From assembly GCA_045633805.1 (NCBI GenBank), contig JAZQYY010000016.1, positions 762 to 64,761 on the forward strand: a stretch of DNA of 64,000 nt, written 5' to 3'. Both the position numbers and the translations under genes were made by a program. Position 1 is the first letter of the stretch. Every line of letters begins with the position of its first letter. A model generated the notes under the pieces. It searched no databases, was not told the origin of the DNA, and was given only the letters and a program-made list of their open reading frames with translations. Below are positions 52,886-62,796 of the stretch, in pieces. This stretch comes from Acutalibacteraceae bacterium (GTDB lineage Bacteria > Bacillota > Clostridia > Oscillospirales > Acutalibacteraceae).

Positions 52886-53824
52886 ATGATGACAGTAAGC
52901 AAAGAAATACTTATGCACCCCGATTTTATGGGCAATCTTGCCAATGAGCTTTGCCATATGCTTGAAGCGATTATTGATGCTGAATTTGATAAAGGTGATG
53001 ACACGGATTTTGATTTTATCGATGAATGTGCTGATGCGATAAATGCAATCCGATCGGGTGATGAAGCAAAGATTCTTCCCCTTATTTCACGCAAGGATTT
53101 CTTAAAGAAAGTCGGTATCAAAACCGAACGCAAATTTAAGGCTCTTATTGCGGCATGTGCTGCGATTACGGTCCTTTTCACCGCAGGCACACAGATTAAA
53201 GTTGAAGAAAACGTTACTCTTGTTCAGGCACTTTCAGGTTTCGTTTCGGAATTCTTTGAAAATGTTATTTCAGAAGATGAAACAACTCAGCATGTAACAA
53301 CTACCACAGAAAAAGAAGCAAGTTTAATTAATATCACCGTTGAAACAACTCCCGAATTCAAAACGGAATATATTGTTGGCGAAAGCTTCAGCGGAAACGG
53401 ACTCAAGGTTTTCGGTGAATACGATAACGGCGAAAGAATGCTTGTCCGTATTGATGATTACACCGTTGAGGTTTCCGACAGCTTCGGTACAGAGCCGAAA
53501 TATGAAATGGTTAAAATCACAGTCGGTGATTTCACGCAGACTCTTGAAGTCAGAGTTATCGAAAGCCTGGAAACGAAAAAACTGACGTCGATTTATGCAA
53601 TATTCCCTGAAAGTTTTGATTTCACGGCGAATGATCTTAACAACATCGATCTTTCAGAAATGCAGGTTTATGCGGTTTACAGCAACGGCGACGAAACGGA
53701 GCTTTCAGCCGATGAATATACGGTTGAAACCGAAATCGGAAAGACGGTGTTCAAGCCGAAAGAAGCTTTCGTTACCGTCAGTTACGAAGGATGCTCATGC
53801 TCGTTTATGGTGTTTAAGGAATAG
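52886..53824 (+). CDS. Putative anti-sigma factor: cytoplasmic N-domain, one TM, two Ig-like (Big_3-type) extracellular domains
   Basis: Adjacent to the ECF gene; TM ALIAACAAITVLFTAG; KTEYIVGESFSGNGLKVFGEYDNG and LSEMQVYAVYSNGD repeats. Confidence 0.75.
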   Translation: MMTVSKEILMHPDFMGNLANELCHMLEAIIDAEFDKGDDTDFDFIDECADAINAIRSGDEAKILPLISRKDFLKKVGIKTERKFKALIAACAAITVLFTAGTQIKVEENVTLVQALSGFVSEFFENVISEDETTQHVTTTTEKEASLINITVETTPEFKTEYIVGESFSGNGLKVFGEYDNGERMLVRIDDYTVEVSDSFGTEPKYEMVKITVGDFTQTLEVRVIESLETKKLTSIYAIFPESFDFTANDLNNIDLSEMQVYAVYSNGDETELSADEYTVETEIGKTVFKPKEAFVTVSYEGCSCSFMVFKE

Positions 53825-53865
53825 TTTGATTACGAATTTATCATAAATCAAAGGAGGTCATATTT

Positions 53866-56800
53866 ATGAAAAAAACTTTTTTAAATATATGCTCGGTATT
53901 TCTTGCAATATCGCTTATTGCGGGCACACAGTTATTCAGCGAATTTGCTTTGGGAGTTATAAAGGCATATGCGGCTGAAAAAGAGTGCGAAGTTTTCACC
54001 AAAGCGCAATATAACGACGGAACCTGGGCATATGAGGATTATACCTGGAGCCAGCAGGAGGAACTTGTTGGCGATGAGGTTGAAACCGTAACGGTTGAGG
54101 GTGTGCGTATTCTTGACTATCACGGCTCGGATACAAACGTTGATATTCCCGAATATCTTGACGGCAAGCCCGTTATTGCCGTTCAGTTTGTAAATGATAA
54201 ATGTTATTATCGCGGCACTAAACGAAAAAACGTTGAAACAGTGTCTCTTCCCAGAATGCTTAAGGTGATATCATCATATTCATTTAAGGAAATGACTGCC
54301 CTCCAATCAATAGTAATTCCTGCCGGAGTTGAAACTATAGAAAGAGAAGCGTTTACAAAATGCAGCGCACTTAAAAGCGTTAGTTTCCTTTATGGTGAGG
54401 GGAAGGGACTCACAAGAATCGGCTACGCCGCTTTTAAAAGATGCACATCACTTACTTCTGTTAAATTTCCCGATTCATTGAAGGTTATTGAATCCAATGC
54501 ATTTGAAGACTGTGTATCACTTTCCGAAATTGTTCTCAATGAAGGTCTTTGCAAAATAGAACAGTATGCTTTCCAGTATTGTTCTGCTCTTAAAACGTTG
54601 GTTCTTCCCGAAAGCATTCAAAGGCTCGGAAGCTCTTTTATCAGAGGTACCAAAATAGAAAAGCTTGATATTCCGCGCAATCTTAAATCTGTGAGCTATC
54701 TTCTTGACGGCACAAGGATTAAAGAAATTGTTCTTCCTCCGATTTTCAGCAAACTGACATCATCTGTTCTCGGCTCAAGCGAATATCTTGAAAGCCTGAC
54801 TCTTGAAGATATCGGCATTGCAAAAGGTGCCATCTGCTACCCGAATCTTAAAACGCTGATTATTAAAGGATCGGGAGTAATCGAGGAGAATCCGTTTTTC
54901 GTCAGTGTAACACAACATAACGTTACTTCGCCTGGCGGAAGCTATACCTATTATACAGAAAAGACTTATGCTCCGGAAACGGTTATTCTCACCGATGGCT
55001 ATAACGAAAATATCAGCAAAGTTCTTGTGGATAAGCTGAATTATTACCAGCGCATTGACCCCGAAACAGGTTATTGCATATATTCAAAAGAATATTCGGG
55101 TGAAGAAGAGTTCAGACCGCAGGGCAGCGGCTTTGTAAGCGGCGATTATACGTATGATTTAACCGCAAACGGTGCAATAATAACAGATTACAGCGGAACG
55201 TCAACGGGCGTTGTAACCGTTCCCGACGTTTTTGAAAACGAAGGTGTTGAATATCCTGTTATTGCAATCGGCACAAAAGCTTTTGAGGGCGCAACCGCAG
55301 CGGAAATCATTCTTCCCGAAACGGTAAGAAAAATTGAAGCATATGCGTTTAACCAATGTGCAAATCTGACCAAAACAAATCTTCCCAATGGAATAACGGT
55401 AATCGAACCTTATACCTATAGCCTTTGCAGCAGTATGAGTGAAATAACCATTCCCGAAAGCGTTGTTTATATCTGCGAAGGTGCGTTTGCAGGCAAAAGA
55501 CCCGCTTCTGAAATCGTTATTCCCTCGTCGGTTAAATCCATAGGTCCAAAAGCGTTTTATGCAAATCCGCTTATAACTTCTCTGACACTTAACGAGGGTC
55601 TTGAAATAATCGGTGAAAACGCATTTGCAAACCACGATAATTTTCTTGATGTTCTTGAAGAATATTCGCTCACACTTCCGTCATCAATCAAAGAAATCGG
55701 AAAAGGTGCATTTGAATATTCGGGCGTCAGCGGTGAGGTTGTTATTCCCGAAAGCATAAAGGTTATCCCTGAAAATATGTTTATGGAAAGCCCTTATCTC
55801 ACCTCTGTTGCTATGCACAGCGGAGTAACAACAATCGGTGTAAGTGCCTTTGAAGGATGCTATGCTCTTGAATCCGCACCGCTTTTGGAGGGTCTTGTAT
55901 CAATTGAGGATTATGCGTTCAACTATTCAAGCTTAACCTCTGTTGATTTCCCGTCAACCGTAACGCATCTCGGTAAATATGCGTTTGCAGGCAACTGCAT
56001 TACGGAAGTTACAATCCCTGCAAACATCAAAACCGTGCCCGAACATTGCTTCGACACCTGTTATGATTTGAAAAACATAACGCTCGAAAATGGCGTTGAA
56101 TATATTGATGGCTATGCGTTTGCCACCTATGGCACGATTGAGAGCATTGTTATTCCTCCGAGCATGAAAGAAATCCGTTCCGATTACGTGTTCCGATATG
56201 TTGACAGAATCGAAAATTTTGTTTTCAACGCAACCTGTTATGAATCCGATTTAGTTCCTTGCAAAGACAGTTCTTTAAAACTGAATGTAAGCGGAAGATT
56301 TAGAGGAATTGTCAGTTCAAGCGGTGTACAGATAGGTAAATTTATTATCGGTGAAAACGTAAAATATATCCCCACAGCGATTGCGTATAAGGCGAACATA
56401 GAAGAGCTTGTTCTCCCCGATAATATTGTTGCCGTAGGCGAAGATGCGTTTGAGTATTGCACTATCGAAAAAGCTCTTGTTATTCCCGAAAGCGTAAAAA
56501 CCGTTTACAAGTCTGCGTTCTTCGGAATAACGATTCCCGCAATCACTCTGCCCGAAGGTCTTGAAAATGCTAAAGAACGTGCATTTTCGGAGATTGTGGC
56601 TGACGTGTTATATTACAACTGCAAAAACTGTGTTTTTGAAACCGCTTCCAGTGAAACAGAAATTGACGGCATTTACGATTCTCCGTTTTGCGGCGATGAA
56701 CTTAAAAGCATCGTTATCGGCGAAAACGTTCAGACTCTTCCCGATTTCACTTTCTGTTATGTAACAAGCCTTGAAACCGTGCATATTCCCGAAAACATAA

Positions 56801-58626
56801 AAGCTCTCAGCAAGGGCGCATTCGCATTCAGCGGTGTTAAAATAGTAACGGGTATGTCGGGAATAACCAAGCTTGAAGATTATACGTTCTATGAATGCGA
56901 AAATCTCACTTCGCTTGATATCGAAAACAGTAAAATAACAAAAGCAGGCAACTATGCATTTGCAAACAGCGGAATAGAATCATTAAGCGGTCTTGAAAAT
57001 CTTCTTGAGGTTGGCGACTATACGTTCTATGAATGCGAAAACCTTGCTTCGGTTGGCATTGAAAACAGTAAAATAACCAAAGCAGGCAACTATGCTTTTG
57101 CAAACAGCGGAATAGAAACGTTAAGCGGTCTTGATAATCTTCTTGAGGTCGGTGAATATGCTTTCTATGAATGCCAAAACCTCGCTTCGGTTGGTATTGA
57201 CAGTAAAATAAGCAAAGCAGGAAAATATGCTTTTGCTTACAGCAAAATCAAAAACCTAAACGGTCTTGAAAAGTTAAAGGATATTAAGGAATATACATTC
57301 TACGGCTGTGAAAATCTTACGGAAGCCGACCTGACAAATTCTGAAGCAACCGATATCGGCGGTTATGCTTTTGCAAACAGCGGTATCACCTCGTTTACAG
57401 GCGGCAATTATCTTGAAAGCATCGGAGACAACTGCTTTGCAGACTGCACAGGCCTTGAAACCGTTGCTCTCGGCGGCAAACTGATGCTTATCGGTGAAAA
57501 CGCTTTTGCAAACTGCACTGGGCTTAAACAGATTACTATTCCCGACAGCGTTAAAAACGTCGGCAAAAAGGCATTTTACGGCAACACCGCATTGGTAAGT
57601 GTCAAAATGTCAGATAACGTAATTTTCATTCCCGATGAATGCTTCAACGGATGTTCTGCACTCGAAACCTTCACCTGGAATCCTGAAACCAAGCTCATCG
57701 GCAGACTCGCATTTGCCAACTGCATTAAGCTTGCAAAATTTGATTTTGTCAACCTTGAAAAGCTTTATGATAACAGCTTTCTTGGCAGCGGTGTTACCGT
57801 TGCTCAGCTTGGTGAAGGCGTGGATGATTCCGTTTCCAAACTTGAAGAAATCGAAACACAGAGCTTTATGGGTTGCGAAAATCTTGCAACAGTCGGTATC
57901 GGCGGTAACGTTGAAACAATCAAAACTCAGGCTTTTGCAGACTGCACAAACCTTGAAACCGCAGTTATTGCCGATAGCGTAACAAGCATCGCTCCCGACG
58001 CATTCGACGGCTGCGATAATCTTACGATTTATTGCTCATCAACTTCTTATGCCTATACATATGCACAGGAGCAGGGTATTCCCGTGAGCACACTTGTTAT
58101 CGCTCCCATTCCCAATCAGACCTATACGGGCAGTAAAATTGAACCTGAAATCTCTGTTTCCGCTTCGGGCAATAATCTTGAAGTTAACGTTGATTTCGGC
58201 GTAACCTATGCCAATAATATCAACGTCGGCGAGGCTGACGTAAACGTTAAGGGCAAGGGCGATTTCAGAATGTTTGCAAGCAAAGCAAACTTCACAATCG
58301 TCACAAAGAACATCGTCGGAGTCACAGTTGCTCCCATCGACGACCAGCCTTACACAGGCGAAGCCGTTACACCCAAACTGACCGTAATCGACGGCACAAA
58401 GTATCTTGTTGAAGGTAAGGATTATACCGTAACCTACTATAACAACACAAATGAAGGCACTGCAACGGTCAAAATAACGGGCAAGGGTAATTATTCGGGC
58501 TACACCACAACCTCATTCGTTATTTCTGAAGAAGCAAAAGAACCCACCTACTTTGAAAAGCTGATAGCGGCAATCGAAAACTTCTTTAAAAGAATCGCTT
58601 CTCTTTTTGCCTGGATGATTGTGTAA
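53866..58626 (+). CDS. BspA-type leucine-rich-repeat (LRR_5) surface protein, 1586 aa
   Basis: Signal peptide; many IxIPxSVxxIGxxAFxxC repeats; two YTG...NNxxxG...GKG(N/D) beta repeats; amphipathic C-terminal helix. Confidence 0.92.
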   Translation: MKKTFLNICSVFLAISLIAGTQLFSEFALGVIKAYAAEKECEVFTKAQYNDGTWAYEDYTWSQQEELVGDEVETVTVEGVRILDYHGSDTNVDIPEYLDGKPVIAVQFVNDKCYYRGTKRKNVETVSLPRMLKVISSYSFKEMTALQSIVIPAGVETIEREAFTKCSALKSVSFLYGEGKGLTRIGYAAFKRCTSLTSVKFPDSLKVIESNAFEDCVSLSEIVLNEGLCKIEQYAFQYCSALKTLVLPESIQRLGSSFIRGTKIEKLDIPRNLKSVSYLLDGTRIKEIVLPPIFSKLTSSVLGSSEYLESLTLEDIGIAKGAICYPNLKTLIIKGSGVIEENPFFVSVTQHNVTSPGGSYTYYTEKTYAPETVILTDGYNENISKVLVDKLNYYQRIDPETGYCIYSKEYSGEEEFRPQGSGFVSGDYTYDLTANGAIITDYSGTSTGVVTVPDVFENEGVEYPVIAIGTKAFEGATAAEIILPETVRKIEAYAFNQCANLTKTNLPNGITVIEPYTYSLCSSMSEITIPESVVYICEGAFAGKRPASEIVIPSSVKSIGPKAFYANPLITSLTLNEGLEIIGENAFANHDNFLDVLEEYSLTLPSSIKEIGKGAFEYSGVSGEVVIPESIKVIPENMFMESPYLTSVAMHSGVTTIGVSAFEGCYALESAPLLEGLVSIEDYAFNYSSLTSVDFPSTVTHLGKYAFAGNCITEVTIPANIKTVPEHCFDTCYDLKNITLENGVEYIDGYAFATYGTIESIVIPPSMKEIRSDYVFRYVDRIENFVFNATCYESDLVPCKDSSLKLNVSGRFRGIVSSSGVQIGKFIIGENVKYIPTAIAYKANIEELVLPDNIVAVGEDAFEYCTIEKALVIPESVKTVYKSAFFGITIPAITLPEGLENAKERAFSEIVADVLYYNCKNCVFETASSETEIDGIYDSPFCGDELKSIVIGENVQTLPDFTFCYVTSLETVHIPENIKALSKGAFAFSGVKIVTGMSGITKLEDYTFYECENLTSLDIENSKITKAGNYAFANSGIESLSGLENLLEVGDYTFYECENLASVGIENSKITKAGNYAFANSGIETLSGLDNLLEVGEYAFYECQNLASVGIDSKISKAGKYAFAYSKIKNLNGLEKLKDIKEYTFYGCENLTEADLTNSEATDIGGYAFANSGITSFTGGNYLESIGDNCFADCTGLETVALGGKLMLIGENAFANCTGLKQITIPDSVKNVGKKAFYGNTALVSVKMSDNVIFIPDECFNGCSALETFTWNPETKLIGRLAFANCIKLAKFDFVNLEKLYDNSFLGSGVTVAQLGEGVDDSVSKLEEIETQSFMGCENLATVGIGGNVETIKTQAFADCTNLETAVIADSVTSIAPDAFDGCDNLTIYCSSTSYAYTYAQEQGIPVSTLVIAPIPNQTYTGSKIEPEISVSASGNNLEVNVDFGVTYANNINVGEADVNVKGKGDFRMFASKANFTIVTKNIVGVTVAPIDDQPYTGEAVTPKLTVIDGTKYLVEGKDYTVTYYNNTNEGTATVKITGKGNYSGYTTTSFVISEEAKEPTYFEKLIAAIENFFKRIASLFAWMIV
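56881..57290 (+). repeat. Three tandem 138-bp intragenic repeats in the LRR gene
   Basis: Units start at 56881, 57019 and 57157 (YTFYECENL...SKITKAGNYAFANSGIE). Confidence 0.85.
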
Positions 58627-58657
58627 CTCAATAAAACAATGCAATACGTATACGTTT

Positions 58658-58762
58658 TGAACTGCCCCAAATTGTACGGACAGTACGCAAAAGGTTCTAT
58701 GGCAGAAATATTTAATTAAGCGACATACTGACTTCGTTTTTTAACGGAGTCAGTTTTTGTTT
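58658..58762 (-). mobile_element. IS3-family (IS150-like) end remnant
   Basis: TGAACTGCCCCAAATTGTACGGACA resembles an IS3 terminal IR; minus strand gives a frameshifted (K)LTPL.KRSQYVA* resembling a transposase C-terminus. Confidence 0.55.
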
Positions 58763-58890
58763 ATAGAGAGACGAACATACCCGATTTTGGTTTACAAGGA
58801 TAAATTTAAAATATATAATAAATGTAACCTTTTCACTAAAAAGGGTGTTTATAGATATGAGAGGGAAATTTTGAGAAAGGGGTTGAAATC

Positions 58891-59451
58891 TTGAATGATG
58901 AAGAAATAATCGAATTATATCTTGCACGTGATGAATCCGCCATTAAAGAAACCTCTTTCAAATATGGTGACAGATTAAGAAAACTTTCTTACTCAATAAC
59001 CGAGGATAATTTTACGGCAGAGGAATGTGAAAACGATACATATGTCCAAGCATGGAATTCAATCCCTCCAAATGAACCGAGAGAGCATTTTTATGCGTTT
59101 CTGGCAAGAATAACAAGAAATCTTTCATTAAATGTAATAAGAGATCGGAACAGAATTAAACGCTCGGCTAAACTTACCGATATAACAAACGAAATTCAAT
59201 ACTGTTTATCGATTTCGGATGATGCTGATGTTTCTCTTGATGAAAAATTGCTTGTTGATTCAATAGGTAAATACCTCAAATCGGTTTCAAAAGAAAAAAG
59301 AATAATATTTATCAGAAGATATTGGTATCTTGATTCGGTTACTGATATATCCCGAAAAATGGGTATCAGCGAAAGCAAGGTTAAAACTACGCTTTTCAGA
59401 CTTAGAAAAGAACTGAAAAAATTTCTTGAAAAGGAGGGCTGGTCTATATGA
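58891..59451 (+). CDS. ECF RNA polymerase sigma factor (cassette 2)
   Basis: MNDEEIIELYLARDESAI, AEECENDTY, FIRRYWY, SESKVKTTLFRLR. Confidence 0.93.
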   Translation: MNDEEIIELYLARDESAIKETSFKYGDRLRKLSYSITEDNFTAEECENDTYVQAWNSIPPNEPREHFYAFLARITRNLSLNVIRDRNRIKRSAKLTDITNEIQYCLSISDDADVSLDEKLLVDSIGKYLKSVSKEKRIIFIRRYWYLDSVTDISRKMGISESKVKTTLFRLRKELKKFLEKEGWSI

Positions 59452-60545
59452 AAAAAAGCAATATGAATTTTCTTGAATTGATAAACGGTCTTGATGACGA
59501 ACTGATAGAAGAATCAGCGGAATATGAAATAAAAAAAGACGTGAATCGTTTCAGAGCAAGGCCTGTAATAGTTGCCGCCGCCATGATTGCAATTTTATTT
59601 ACAGCTCTCTTTTTATCAACCGGTTTTTTCAAAAACGATATTCCGAAAATCCCCGATGCAGCTGATATCGTTACAGCAAACGAACAAACAACACAGGTGC
59701 AAAACAAAAGTGAAGAAACAACGGTAATAGCAGCAGAAGATGAAACTGAGGTTTCCGAAACACCTGATAATGAAATTGTTTCTCCGATGGTTGTTAATTA
59801 TGACATTCGGGATATCAGAGATCTGCCTATTACTGCGCAGTTTCCCGTTGTTATTTATAACTCAAATGCTTATTCGGTAAAAGGCAGCCTTATTCAGGAT
59901 ATCAATAACGGCAGGATAACCCGAAAAATTGCATCACAAAAGGCATATACTTATGATTATAATTCGCAAAAAACCTTTGAAGCCGAAGCTGAGATTTATG
60001 AAATAAAAGGTATAAGCTCCGAGTTTGCAATAGGAATTAAGTTTGAATCAGACAGCAGAATATACCCCTATATCAACGACAGTGCTGAAATCATATCGTT
60101 AAAAACTCTTTATGGATATGCTTCTCCAAAAGAAAATTTTTCTTTCGGCGAAGTAAGCTTTACATATGATTCTTTGGCTTTGCCGATTGAAAGAAAAATG
60201 GCTGTTGATGAAAACTATATTTATAGCTGTCTTCTTTCAGATTTGGAAGCTGAAAATCTCGGAGAAATAAGTATTGATCCGATATTCACGATTTCCGTAA
60301 ACTGTGATGCAATCGGATTGAACAAAAAAACCATTTCTGTTTCAAGAAACGGTTATTTGCAAACGGATATTATGGGCGGAAGAATATGCACGTTTTATAT
60401 AGGCAAAGAAAATGTTGAAAAATTTGCAAGAGAGGCGCTTGAAGCCAATGCCGATAAACTCTTAAGCAATAGTGTAAAAACCAATAATACGGCAGGCTTT
60501 CTGAATGCTTCGCCGATTTTACCTAAAGACAAAACGGATCTGTAG
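59448..60545 (+). CDS. Putative anti-sigma factor (single TM, extracellular domain)
   Basis: ATGA overlap with the ECF gene; INGLDDELIEES N-terminal motif; TM VIVAAAMIAILFTALFL; Thr/Glu linker. Confidence 0.78.
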   Translation: MKKSNMNFLELINGLDDELIEESAEYEIKKDVNRFRARPVIVAAAMIAILFTALFLSTGFFKNDIPKIPDAADIVTANEQTTQVQNKSEETTVIAAEDETEVSETPDNEIVSPMVVNYDIRDIRDLPITAQFPVVIYNSNAYSVKGSLIQDINNGRITRKIASQKAYTYDYNSQKTFEAEAEIYEIKGISSEFAIGIKFESDSRIYPYINDSAEIISLKTLYGYASPKENFSFGEVSFTYDSLALPIERKMAVDENYIYSCLLSDLEAENLGEISIDPIFTISVNCDAIGLNKKTISVSRNGYLQTDIMGGRICTFYIGKENVEKFAREALEANADKLLSNSVKTNNTAGFLNASPILPKDKTDL

Positions 60546-60559
60546 AAAGGATGATTTTG

Positions 60560-62104
60560 ATGAAAAAAATACTGTCTTTTGCACTTGCTCTTGTAATAGC
60601 GTTTTCTGCCCTTGTTTTTTCAAGTGCAGAAACTTCGGATAACGGTCATTTCAGAGGTGACACAGTAACCTTCGGCAGCTACCCTCAGAGTGAAGTTACC
60701 GATGAAAATCTGACAGCCGAGCTTAACGGTCTGGTTTCAGAGGATGATTTTGTTTCTTTCGGTTATATGAGCGGAAACGGCGAGCTCAGTTCAGAACAGC
60801 AGGGCGATTATATGAGCTATGCCGATGTTACATATAACGGTGAAAAATATCGCGGAGTCACATTCACGGAATATAAGCCGTATTACATTTTTGACGAAGC
60901 AAACCAAAACTCATATATAAGCAATCATTATTACGAAAACTTTAAACCCGGCGAGATTTATTGGTTTAAGTTTGAGCCTCTTAAATGGAAAATTGGCGAT
61001 GCCGCTCTCGGCAATCTGCTCTGCAACAGCATTATTGATGCTCAGCAATTTGCAAAAAGAGTTTATAAAAACGGCAACTACTACTATTGCGATTCCGAAT
61101 TCAGCTTTTATGCCAATAACTATGCAGAAAGCTATATGAGAGAATGGCTTAACAGCGATTTTTATAACACGGCATTCTCCGAGGAAGAAAAAGCAATCAT
61201 AGAAACAACTGAGGTTTCAAATCACGCATCTTTTGTCGGTGCCGGTCCCTTGGATCCGCAAAAATATGCAAGTGAAACAACCTATGACAAGGTTTATCTG
61301 GCAGACGTCATGGATGCCGCGTATCAGTTTGATTTTTATCCGTGGGAGTATTATGATAGCTATTCATCAAACTCCAAAAGAATTGCTTATCCGACCGATT
61401 ATGCTCTGATTCAGGGTGCAACGAGTGAGTGGCTTCTCCGCACGGCAAGCAACTATTCCGATTTCACAAATTTTACAACCACATCGGGAGGCGTAGCAAA
61501 CTTTGCAAGGTCATATTGTAATTGCAGCGGCGTCAGACCCATGGTGCGAGTTGATGTTTCAAAGTTAAACTGTGAAACTTATAATATTAAGTGGTATTCG
61601 GACGGAAAACTGCTCAGAGAAAACAACTATCTTGAAGGCTCAAAAATTTTTCCGCCAACAGGTTTTCCACATCCCGCGGGATGGATATTCAAAGGCTGGG
61701 ATAAAGATTTTTCAGCAGGTATGCCTGCGGAAAATGTTGTTATAAATGCCGTTTATGAAAGACAGTTCCCCTTTGAGGCGAGTATTACCGAAACAGAGCT
61801 TAAATATAAAAAGACTGCTCAGATAACAGTTGAAAGCGAAATTTCCGCAGTGCGGAGTCTCGGCTATAAATCAAGCAATGAAGATATCGCAACGGTTGAC
61901 GCTAACGGCAAAGTAACCGCAGTGGGCAAGGGCGTTGTGAACGTAACCGTTTTTGTTGTTGAAGTCGACGGAATGCCCCTTATGCGTGAAGACGGCACCT
62001 TTGTTGAGCAAACCTTCCAAGTTGTTTGCACAATGAATATTTTTAATATGATTTCTGTGTGGTTTAACAATTTCATTAATCTGATTATTGATATTTTTGA
62101 TTGA
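60560..62104 (+). CDS. Secreted protein: DUF6273-like domain, InlB-B/Flg_new-like repeat, Big_2-like domain
   Basis: FGSYPQS, FEPLKWK, S.MREWLN.DFYNTAFS, WLLRT...GVRP; GWIFKGWD...MPA; YKSSNEDIATVDANGKVTAVGKG. Confidence 0.8.
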   Translation: MKKILSFALALVIAFSALVFSSAETSDNGHFRGDTVTFGSYPQSEVTDENLTAELNGLVSEDDFVSFGYMSGNGELSSEQQGDYMSYADVTYNGEKYRGVTFTEYKPYYIFDEANQNSYISNHYYENFKPGEIYWFKFEPLKWKIGDAALGNLLCNSIIDAQQFAKRVYKNGNYYYCDSEFSFYANNYAESYMREWLNSDFYNTAFSEEEKAIIETTEVSNHASFVGAGPLDPQKYASETTYDKVYLADVMDAAYQFDFYPWEYYDSYSSNSKRIAYPTDYALIQGATSEWLLRTASNYSDFTNFTTTSGGVANFARSYCNCSGVRPMVRVDVSKLNCETYNIKWYSDGKLLRENNYLEGSKIFPPTGFPHPAGWIFKGWDKDFSAGMPAENVVINAVYERQFPFEASITETELKYKKTAQITVESEISAVRSLGYKSSNEDIATVDANGKVTAVGKGVVNVTVFVVEVDGMPLMREDGTFVEQTFQVVCTMNIFNMISVWFNNFINLIIDIFD

Positions 62105-62129
62105 ATAAATTAAAAGGGAGGCGAAGCAA

Positions 62130-62684
62130 ATGAAAAAAACGTTAAGTATAATTATTACGGCTGTTATTCTTTTTTGCTCGTTTGCTATGCCAAACGCCAA
62201 TGCAGTTCATTTGAAAGAGGTTGACACAGTTGAAATAACCGTCAAAAACGATATTGACGGAATGAGGTTAAGTGAATACAAAAAATTTGTGAAAATAAAA
62301 ACAAAAGGTTTGGTTTTTGACGATTACAACGGAGGACTGTATCCTGTTTTTGCAATAAAAGACGGTTATAACAGTGCAAATAAATTTCATGAAGGCAACG
62401 GATATACACTTACAGTTTTTATGAAAGCCGATGATGTGAATTATTATGTGCTTGCCGACAGTATGAATAAAGTAACGATAAACGGTGAACCTGCAAATTA
62501 TTCTCTTCGGCTTAAAAAATATGAATCGTCAATAAACCACGATTACATTTCCGTTACTTGCCACATTGATGTTGTTAAGCACGAAACATTTTTTGACAGG
62601 ATAGTTAATTTCTTTTTTGAACTTTATAATTCAATATTTAACATCTTTACCAGAATAACACAATCGGAAAGTGTTGTGGCGTGA
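62130..62684 (+). CDS. Hypothetical secreted protein
   Basis: MKK signal peptide, GGGAGG RBS, amphipathic C-terminal helix. Confidence 0.75.
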   Translation: MKKTLSIIITAVILFCSFAMPNANAVHLKEVDTVEITVKNDIDGMRLSEYKKFVKIKTKGLVFDDYNGGLYPVFAIKDGYNSANKFHEGNGYTLTVFMKADDVNYYVLADSMNKVTINGEPANYSLRLKKYESSINHDYISVTCHIDVVKHETFFDRIVNFFFELYNSIFNIFTRITQSESVVA

Positions 62685-62796
62685 GAACGGATGTGTTGCA
62701 ATTTATACTTGCACAGTAACAGTGAAATATAATATAATGAATTGTAAATATTCTTCTTTTAGGTTTTTTATGGTATTAAAATCGGAGGTAAAATAT

